64,000 nt of DNA from Myxococcota bacterium (lineage in GTDB: Bacteria; Myxococcota_A; UBA9160; UBA4427). Both the position numbers and the translations under genes were made by a program. A model generated the notes under the pieces. The model was not told the DNA's origin. It saw only the letters and a list, made by a program, of their open reading frames with translations, and ran no database searches. How positions within the stretch are numbered: position 1 is the first letter of the stretch; every line of letters starts with the position of its first letter. The stretch covers positions 20,398-84,397 of the forward strand of contig JAYZFK010000032.1 of the NCBI GenBank assembly GCA_036336835.1. Reading direction: 5' to 3'. This document shows, one piece after another, positions 22,462 to 29,921 of the stretch.

Positions 22462-23216
22462 TCGTCCAACCCCAGCGCATCGTGCTCCTCGTCCAGCCAT
22501 TTCTGGAAATCTTCCGGTGACTGGATGATGAGATCGGCTTTCATCTCGTAGTGGCCGAGACCGCACAGCTGTGCGCAGGCGACCTGGAACTGGCCCGTCT
22601 CCTTGGCTTCGAACCAGATCGCGATCTCCATCCCGGGGACGACGTCCTGAGTCACCCGCATGACGGGCAGCTTGAAGCTGTGGATCGCGTCCTTGGAGGT
22701 GAGGCGCGCAAGCACCGGCTTGCCGACGGGGAAGCGCAGGCCTCTGACCGTGATGTCGTCCCAGCCGGCCTCGTCGTCATCGTCGAGCCCCGCCGGGTTG
22801 TCGTCGGCGTAGAACTCCGGTGCGGTCCTGCCGAACGTCCCGTCCTTGCCGGGGTAGTGGAACAACCACTTGAACTGCTCAGCCACCACGCGAATCACCG
22901 TCGGGTCCTGCTTTGGATCGGGCAGATCGTTCTTGATCGTGGCCCAGACGGGCACCGCGAACGCGACCAGCACGACCGTCTCCGCGACGGCGACCCCGAT
23001 CTCGAGCCACCGATTCCACTTCGCTTCGATGAGCTGGTAGGTGGCCGAGTGCCCCGGGCGCTCGCGGAAGCGAACCAGGCAGTAAGCGATGAAGCCTCCC
23101 CAGAAAATGAAGAGCACGAGCATGAACCAGTGGATCGCGATGATCATGAAATCGATGTCGGCGCCGTTCACCGAAACATCGGGGGGAAGCCACCAGCCGT
23201 ATTGCGGTTCGTTCAC
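22458..23216 (-). CDS. ctaC: Cytochrome c oxidase subunit II (CuA; no fused cytochrome c)
   Basis: Two TM helices, DAIHSF and CAQLCGLGHYEM. Confidence 0.92.
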   Translation of the reverse strand: MNEPQYGWWLPPDVSVNGADIDFMIIAIHWFMLVLFIFWGGFIAYCLVRFRERPGHSATYQLIEAKWNRWLEIGVAVAETVVLVAFAVPVWATIKNDLPDPKQDPTVIRVVAEQFKWLFHYPGKDGTFGRTAPEFYADDNPAGLDDDDEAGWDDITVRGLRFPVGKPVLARLTSKDAIHSFKLPVMRVTQDVVPGMEIAIWFEAKETGQFQVACAQLCGLGHYEMKADLIIQSPEDFQKWLDEEHDALGLDE

Positions 23217-23227
23217 TTGGATCTCCC

Positions 23228-23971
23228 TCAGCTTCCGTAGGTGAACTCGAGAGACTTGGCCTCGTTGTCACCGACCGTGATCGTCTGCTCCATCGCGTCG
23301 TACTTCTCGTGCCACGCTTCGATCGTGTAGGTACCCGGTGGCAGATTTCCCAACGTGAACGAGCCGTCTTCTCCCGTGACCGCGAAATAGGGGTGGTCTA
23401 CCACGGCGACGTAGGAGTTCATCCAGGGATGGATGTCGCACTTGACCTTCATCGGGGGGCTCGCCTCGTCCCTTCTCATCCGGATGTTGACGTTGCCGGC
23501 CCCCGCCGGCTGCGACCGATTGAACGGCCGGTTGGACTTCGCGTAGCCGTGGACGTTGTGCGCGGTCGGATCGCTGGTCTTGATCGAGAGGGTCTGGCCC
23601 TTTCGCATGCCCACGACGTGTGGCTGATACCAGCAGCCCACCTGGTCGAGCAGAACGTCGCCTTCGGGCATCGGGAAGCTCCAGCTCTCGGCGCCCGACT
23701 TGACCCAGACGAAGACGTTGCGGAGCGTTCCGTTTTCATTGATGATGACCGTGTCCGGCTTGAGTCGCTTGCCGCCGTGCAGCTCCGCGCACTTCTCGTC
23801 CGCCCCCGCCATGTCGATGGGCCGCGATCGCGGCTTCTTTCCCGCAAACTTCACGCTGCCCGTGATCGTTGCGGTGCCCAGCGCTGGGTCCCATGGGGAC
23901 TGGTCCGCGGAACTGTTCGCAACGGGAAAGAACAGAGCTAGACAGGTCCCGGCTAGAATCAATTGCCTCAC
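23228..23971 (-). CDS. Exported cupredoxin-like protein with C-terminal carboxypeptidase-regulatory-like (Ig) domain
   Basis: Signal peptide, DQVGCWYQPHV, HNVH, KCDIHPWM and DGSFTLGNLPPGTYTIEAWH. AGGAGGA RBS upstream of the GTG. Confidence 0.75.
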   Translation of the reverse strand: MRQLILAGTCLALFFPVANSSADQSPWDPALGTATITGSVKFAGKKPRSRPIDMAGADEKCAELHGGKRLKPDTVIINENGTLRNVFVWVKSGAESWSFPMPEGDVLLDQVGCWYQPHVVGMRKGQTLSIKTSDPTAHNVHGYAKSNRPFNRSQPAGAGNVNIRMRRDEASPPMKVKCDIHPWMNSYVAVVDHPYFAVTGEDGSFTLGNLPPGTYTIEAWHEKYDAMEQTITVGDNEAKSLEFTYGS

Positions 23972-24422
23972 CACGCATCCTCCTGCAGCCGCACCACGAG
24001 ACAACCTCTCGTACCGGCGGCGGTTACGATATCGCGAGAGACGTGGAGGGCCCACGCATTCCAAGCGTGCCCGGCTTGTCGGGTAGTGACACCGCAACAG
24101 ATCGTTGCGGGAGTCAGCCGGGATATTTCACCGTGTTACTGTTGCGCCGACTCGGGTCGCTGCGGAGATGCTCTGGTGATGGCAAATTACCCCGTTTTCG
24201 ATTTGGCTCGCAGTTCGCGACGGAGCGCCAAGGTGTAGCTGCACCCGCGAAGCGACGGCCCTGGAGCCGACCCCCCTTCATCTTGTGTCCCGGAACCGCG
24301 TCCCGGGTTCGCGCGGAGTGAAATGGGGTCGGAGCGGTGGCGAGCCCAGCGCTTCGGCAACGGGCCCGGCAAGCTTCCCATCGCACTCTCCGCCCGCCGT
24401 TCTGCTCGCACGGGGAGAGTGC

Positions 24423-26177
24423 ATGGCTGAACTCGGGGGGTGGTCGAAGGCGCTGCACGGGGTGCGCGGCGGCATCCTCAAGATCTCGCTGATCCTGACC
24501 GCGGTCTACGTCTTCGCCTTCCTGCTTCCGCGGGCCTTCGAGGTCGCCGACTACCGGGACTTCCCAGTGATCGGAAGCCGCGTGCTGGTCTGGTGCATTG
24601 CCCAGGCGCATCTGATGTTCGCGGCGTTCGTGCTGGGCGTGCCGATCTTCGTCTATATCGCCGAGGTCGCCGGCGTTTTCCTGAAGAGCGAGGAATACGA
24701 CGACCTGGCCAAGGAGTTCACCCGACTCCTGGCCATGAGCTACACGATCACCGCGACGCTGGGCGGGCTGCTGTTGGTGGCGCTGGTGACGCTCTACCCC
24801 AAGTTCGTCGTCCACATGGAGAAGGTCTTCGAGCCCACCTGGGCCTTCTACATCGGGGTGATCTTCAGCGAGGCGCTCTTCGCGTACCTGTACTTCTATT
24901 CCTGGGACCTCTTGCAGGGCTCACTCAAGAAGTGGCACCTGCTGCTCGGCGCGCTGGTCAATGTGGTGGGGATCGGCATCCTGGTCATCACGAACGCCTG
25001 GACCGGCTACATGATGACGCCCAGCGGGGTGGAGGGGATGGACCTGGCGATCACCGTCACGAGCCGGGTCGAAGCCTTCATGAACTACGCCTGGAACCCG
25101 CTGAACATCCACCGTCTGCTGGCCAATGTCTGCTTCGGCGGGGCCATCGTGGGGGCGTACTCGGCCTTCCGGTTCCTGGCCGCCACCAGCGACGACGAGC
25201 GGTCCCGCTTCGATCGGATGGGCTACGTCGGCAGCTTCATCGCCGTCGCGGCCTTCATTCCGCTGCCCTTTGCCGGCTACTACCTCGGTCGCGAGATCTA
25301 CGCCTACAGCCAGCAGATGGGCGTATCGATGATGGGCGGTTCCTTCGCCCAGCTGTGGATTCTGCAGGCCATCCTGATCGGCGCGCTCTTCCTGGCGATC
25401 AACCTCTACCTGTGGCTGGCGATGGCCCGGATCCCGGGCGGTGAGCGGTATCGCAAGTTCCAGGCGCCGGTGTTGTTCGTGCTGGCGACTGGCCTCGCGG
25501 TCTGGGCGACGCCGCATAGCATCATCGCCACGGTTGCCGAGATGAAGGCGATGGGCTCTGCGCATCATCCGAGATTGGGCGTGCTGGGGGTGATGTCCGC
25601 AAAGAACACGGCCGTCAACCTGATGATCCTGGCGACGTTCATCACCTTCATGCTCTACCGCCGAGGCAACAAACAGGCGACTTCGTCTTTCGTGGTCGCC
25701 GGCAACTCGATCCAGATCCTCGGTCTGCTGGCGGCTTTCGGCGTCATCGTCGGGATCGGCATCTATGGCTACTTCGTCCCCGCGGCGGTTCGCGTCGGTC
25801 TCTCCGTCTACCAGCCGCTGATGGTCGCCGCGTTCATGTTCCTGTTCCTGGCGCTGGAGGTTCCGATCTATCGCGGCGCCACGTCGCTTGGCGAGATCCA
25901 GTGGGGGCGGATCCCGCGCGTGGCGCAGTACGTGCTCTTCTTCCTGGCCATGAGCTTCACCTGGCTGATGGGACTGATGGGTTACATCCGCTCGGGAATC
26001 CGCCAGTACTGGCACGTCTACCAGGTCATGAGGGACACCAGTGAGGGGGCCTTCATTCCGTCCCACGGCTTTGCAACGACGGTCATCTCGATCATCGTGC
26101 TGTTGTTCTTCTTGTTCGTATCCATGGTGTTCGCGTTGGCAATGCGCTCCGAGCTGCAGGAGCGAGAGCAGCAGTGA
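24423..26177 (+). CDS. Cytochrome bd subunit I-like (CydA-like, 'bd-like') membrane protein
   Basis: QAHLMF (His19-like), YDDLAKEF, SEALFAYLYFYSWD, NIHRLLAN (His186-like) and IRQYW (GRQPW-like), with many TM helices. No cydB nearby. Confidence 0.8.
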   Translation: MAELGGWSKALHGVRGGILKISLILTAVYVFAFLLPRAFEVADYRDFPVIGSRVLVWCIAQAHLMFAAFVLGVPIFVYIAEVAGVFLKSEEYDDLAKEFTRLLAMSYTITATLGGLLLVALVTLYPKFVVHMEKVFEPTWAFYIGVIFSEALFAYLYFYSWDLLQGSLKKWHLLLGALVNVVGIGILVITNAWTGYMMTPSGVEGMDLAITVTSRVEAFMNYAWNPLNIHRLLANVCFGGAIVGAYSAFRFLAATSDDERSRFDRMGYVGSFIAVAAFIPLPFAGYYLGREIYAYSQQMGVSMMGGSFAQLWILQAILIGALFLAINLYLWLAMARIPGGERYRKFQAPVLFVLATGLAVWATPHSIIATVAEMKAMGSAHHPRLGVLGVMSAKNTAVNLMILATFITFMLYRRGNKQATSSFVVAGNSIQILGLLAAFGVIVGIGIYGYFVPAAVRVGLSVYQPLMVAAFMFLFLALEVPIYRGATSLGEIQWGRIPRVAQYVLFFLAMSFTWLMGLMGYIRSGIRQYWHVYQVMRDTSEGAFIPSHGFATTVISIIVLLFFLFVSMVFALAMRSELQEREQQ

Positions 26178-27532
26178 GAGCGGTCTTCCTTCGGATTCTT
26201 GGCTTCGTGATCGTGATCGACCTGTTCTATATGGGGATCGGTCGCCTGTACCTGAGTCAGTCCGAAGAGCACCCACCGGTCGAGCTGCAGATCACCGTCG
26301 AGACGGACACCGATACTCTGGTCGGGATGGGCGAGACCCTGCTCGGGGGCAAGGGCGGCTGCCTGCTCTGCCACAAGATTACCGAGGTGGGAAATACGCG
26401 CGGGCCCGACCTGCGAGGGGTCGGCGGGCGCGCCGGCACGCGAAGGCCGGGGATGAGTGCCGAGGCGTATCTGACCGAGTCGCTGGTCGACCCGGGCGCA
26501 TACGTCGTGGAGGAGTTCGCGACGGCCGGCGGTGAGAGCATCATGCCGGTCGCCAACCGGCCGCCGGCCGAGCTGAGCCCGACAGAGATGAAGGCCATGG
26601 TCGGCTACCTGCAGTCGCTGGGCGGCGAGGTCACGGTCCAGATCACCGCTCAGGATGTCGCTGGTGCCGAGGCGCGAAAGGCGGAGAAGCCTGCGCCCAC
26701 GAGCACGCACCCGGGCTTTGCACTGCTGACCTCGCAGGGCTGCACGGCCTGCCACGACGTCATCGCAGAGACGCGGCGCATCGGTCCGCCGCTCACGAGC
26801 GTCGCTCTGCGACTGTCGGCCGCGGAGATCCGTCAGTCGATCGTCGATCCCGATGCGGTGGTCGCGGAGGGCTACCAGCAGGGCCTGATGCTGCAGAACT
26901 TCGCGGATACGCTGAGCGAAGAGCAGCTGGACCAGCTCGTCGGGTACCTGTCGGGCGAGGTGAGCATGGGTGAGCGGCTGGCCCACCCGGGTGTCCACCT
27001 GTTTCTGTTCATCGTGTTCTTCAACGGTGTCGTCTGGGCGATGCGCAAGCTCCAGTCCGCGGCCGAGGCGTCGGAAGCCAGCGGCGCCGGCCCGCTCGGG
27101 CTGCCGTGGCGGCCCGTCGGCTCGGTTCTGGGCCTGTCCGCCGTCTTTGCGGTGGTCTACCTGGGTCTCTGGGCCCAGGCCCCGGAGTCCCCCACCGCGG
27201 GGATCCAGACCGCGGTGCCGACCGAGGCGACGAGCGTGCCCACCCAGGCGGCTGGCCCGCCGGACGGGAAGGCGCTGTTCGGCGTCACGTGCACGGCATG
27301 CCACGGGCCGGCGGGCAAGGGCGTGCCCGGGCTGGGCAAGGACATGACCAACAGCGCCTTCATCGACGGGCTCAGCGACAGCGAGTTGGCCGACTTCATC
27401 GAGCAAGGACGCGCGGCCGACGACCCGCTCAATACCACCGGGGTCGCCATGCCGCCCAACGGACTGAACACGGCGCTCAGCGCCGACGACCGGATGGCAA
27501 TCGCCAGGTTCATCCGCTCGCTGGGCAACTGA
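26174..27532 (+). CDS. Membrane-anchored triheme c-type cytochrome
   Basis: CLLCH, CTACH and CTACH, each followed by a Met candidate. N-terminal TM helix and an internal TM pair. Confidence 0.85.
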   Translation: MRAVFLRILGFVIVIDLFYMGIGRLYLSQSEEHPPVELQITVETDTDTLVGMGETLLGGKGGCLLCHKITEVGNTRGPDLRGVGGRAGTRRPGMSAEAYLTESLVDPGAYVVEEFATAGGESIMPVANRPPAELSPTEMKAMVGYLQSLGGEVTVQITAQDVAGAEARKAEKPAPTSTHPGFALLTSQGCTACHDVIAETRRIGPPLTSVALRLSAAEIRQSIVDPDAVVAEGYQQGLMLQNFADTLSEEQLDQLVGYLSGEVSMGERLAHPGVHLFLFIVFFNGVVWAMRKLQSAAEASEASGAGPLGLPWRPVGSVLGLSAVFAVVYLGLWAQAPESPTAGIQTAVPTEATSVPTQAAGPPDGKALFGVTCTACHGPAGKGVPGLGKDMTNSAFIDGLSDSELADFIEQGRAADDPLNTTGVAMPPNGLNTALSADDRMAIARFIRSLGN

Positions 27533-27570
27533 GCTCAGCGCATAGGAGACCATCGTGGCCGGGGAATCGA

Positions 27571-28308
27571 GTGAATAGACAGGTCTTCCCGCTGGCGATC
27601 CTCACCTGGCTCGCGGTGTGGGCGGCGCTCACCTTTGGCGTCCAGCCTCCGATTCCAAGCTCCGTGATGGGGCTCTACATGTCGATCACCACGGTCTCGA
27701 TCCTGGTGTATCTGATCGCCGACCCCGATCGCTTCGCCGCATTCCTCGCCCCCATCGTTGCGTTGCTGCGCGAGAGCCGACTCGCTGTGCCTCGGATGAT
27801 CGTGCTGACCGCGCTTCCGCTGCTGATCGGCTGGTTCACCTACACGGCGGTCCGCCCGCAGTTCGATCCGCCCTTCGAGGTGCGCACGATCCACCCCGAG
27901 CCTCCGGCCAAGTTCAAGCTGCACGGCAAAGACTTCGACGTGCTCGGCGCGGCGCGACCGCCCGAGATGGCGGTCAACGAGGAGAACCTCGCCGCCGGCA
28001 GAAGCCTCTACTACCGCAATTGCATGTACTGCCACGGGGATTTCCTGGACGGCAAGGGCCACTTCGCCGATGCCCTCAATCCGTTGCCGGCCAATTTTCG
28101 CGACGGTGGCACGATCTCGCAGCTCGAAGAGGGCTACGTCTTCTGGCGGGTCGCGACGGGTGGTCCCGGGCTTCCGCAGGGGGCCACACCCTGGAACTCG
28201 TCGATGCCGGTCTGGCAGGACTTCCTCAGCGAAGACGAGATCTGGCAGGTGGTCGCCTACATCTACGATGCGTCGGGCTCGACTCCGCGGACCTGGGAGG
28301 GGCACTGA
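27571..28308 (+). CDS. Membrane-anchored monoheme c-type cytochrome
   Basis: Three N-terminal TM helices, CMYCHGD..DGKG, PLPANF and SMPVW. Confidence 0.85.
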   Translation: MNRQVFPLAILTWLAVWAALTFGVQPPIPSSVMGLYMSITTVSILVYLIADPDRFAAFLAPIVALLRESRLAVPRMIVLTALPLLIGWFTYTAVRPQFDPPFEVRTIHPEPPAKFKLHGKDFDVLGAARPPEMAVNEENLAAGRSLYYRNCMYCHGDFLDGKGHFADALNPLPANFRDGGTISQLEEGYVFWRVATGGPGLPQGATPWNSSMPVWQDFLSEDEIWQVVAYIYDASGSTPRTWEGH

Positions 28309-29852
28309 TGGTCAGGGCGCTCCCGTCGCTGTGGCTGCTTGCCGGCTTGGTGCTCATGCCGGGTCTCGCTCCTGCTCAGGACTACGGCGCGAAGGGGTTC
28401 AAGCTCGAAGCCACGACTCCTCGCGAGAGCTCGCAGGAGAACGTGGCGGCGGGAAAGGTGCTCTACGGAGAGTACTGCTCGCAGTGTCATGGTGACGCGG
28501 GCGACGGCAATGGCGTGATGGCCGATCGGCTGCGCCCGCGCCCGCGCGACTTCCGACGCGCCATCTACAAGATCCGTCGAACCATGCAGGGCGAGCTGCC
28601 GATCGAGGAGGATCTGTTCGAGATCATCGGCAAGGGCATGCCGGGGACGTCGATGCCCGCCTGGCGCGGCCTCCTCAGCGACGAGCAGATCTGGCAGCTC
28701 GTGGACTACCTCAAGGGCTTCAGCATCGACTTCGAGGACTACCCGGCGGAGCAGGAGCTGGTGCTCGAGGGCAAGCTCGAAGCCACGCCCGAGAGCATTG
28801 CGCGGGGCCGCGAGGTCTACGAGAAGGCGGAGTGCGAGAAGTGCCACGGCGCGTTCGGCCGCGGCGACGGGCCTTCTGCCCCGACGCTCGAAGACGAGTG
28901 GGAGAACAAGATCTACCCGGCGGACCTGACCCAGCCCTGGACGCTGCGGGGCGGCGCCTCGGTGGAGGATCTCTACCGGACCATGACGACCGGCGTGAAC
29001 GGCACCCCCATGCCGTCCTTCTCGGATGCGTGGAACGCCGAGGACCTTTGGCACCTGGCCAACTACCTCCACAGCATCGGTCGCGAGCCGGTCTGGGGGG
29101 AGATCGTCCGGGGGGTCAAGGTCGATGCCATTCCGGAGGATCCCTTCTCCGACGACTGGAGCCAGGCCCCCGAGCTCGACATCCGGCTCGCCGGCCAGAT
29201 CATCCAACGGCCCCGGCTGTTCAACCCCTCGGTACAGAGCCTGACCGTCCAGGCCATGTTCGACGAAAACGAGCTGGCGCTGTTGCTGACCTGGAACGAC
29301 AAGGTCGATAACGACGGGCAGAACGAAGCGCCCAGCGATCAGGTGTCGGTGATGTTCCCCGTGGAGGAGCTGAAGGGAGGCAAGAAGCCCTACTTCTTGA
29401 TGGGCGATCGCCGCAATTCCGTCGACGCCTGGCAGTGGGCCGCCGGCGGCGGCGTCGAGACGCTTCTGGGGCGGGGCATGGACGACGTGGTGGCCCGGAG
29501 CTCGCCCGTTCGCGCGCAAGGGGAGTATCGCGATGGACAGTATCGCGTGATCCTGCGCCGCAGCCTTCAGTCGGATGGAGACGACGAAATCGCGTTCGTA
29601 CCCGGCCGGATGATCCCGATCGCGTGGAACGTCTGGGACGGCGACAACGAAGAAACCGGTAAGCAGCGCGCGGTCTCGCGCTGGTACTACCTTCTGCTCG
29701 AGCCCGAAACTCCCTTGACGACCTATCTTTGGCCCCTCGTCGTGGTCTTGCTGGCTGGTGGCGGCGAGTGGGTCGGGCTGCGACGCCTGAGGCAGCAGTG
29801 GGCGAGTCGGGCGCCGGAAGGTTCTCCGCCGCCCGGAGTCTCGGAATCGTGA
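28308..29852 (+). CDS. Diheme cytochrome c fused to an ethylbenzene-dehydrogenase-gamma-like (EB_dh/DOMON-like) domain with C-terminal TM
   Basis: Signal peptide; CSQCHG..PRPRDF..TSMPAW; CEKCHG..TPMPSF; then LTWND..DQVSVMFP..PYFLMGD..WQW..VILRRSL..VWDG. Confidence 0.82.
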   Translation: MVRALPSLWLLAGLVLMPGLAPAQDYGAKGFKLEATTPRESSQENVAAGKVLYGEYCSQCHGDAGDGNGVMADRLRPRPRDFRRAIYKIRRTMQGELPIEEDLFEIIGKGMPGTSMPAWRGLLSDEQIWQLVDYLKGFSIDFEDYPAEQELVLEGKLEATPESIARGREVYEKAECEKCHGAFGRGDGPSAPTLEDEWENKIYPADLTQPWTLRGGASVEDLYRTMTTGVNGTPMPSFSDAWNAEDLWHLANYLHSIGREPVWGEIVRGVKVDAIPEDPFSDDWSQAPELDIRLAGQIIQRPRLFNPSVQSLTVQAMFDENELALLLTWNDKVDNDGQNEAPSDQVSVMFPVEELKGGKKPYFLMGDRRNSVDAWQWAAGGGVETLLGRGMDDVVARSSPVRAQGEYRDGQYRVILRRSLQSDGDDEIAFVPGRMIPIAWNVWDGDNEETGKQRAVSRWYYLLLEPETPLTTYLWPLVVVLLAGGGEWVGLRRLRQQWASRAPEGSPPPGVSES

Positions 29853-29921
29853 GCACGAGACGAATCTGTCGCAACGATCACTACCCGAGCCGAATGGCTC
29901 GCGATCCTCATGGAGCCATCG

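Noticed and set aside
24423..29852. Nitrite oxidoreductase locus
   Set aside because: No molybdopterin alpha subunit or Fe-S beta subunit is in the window.
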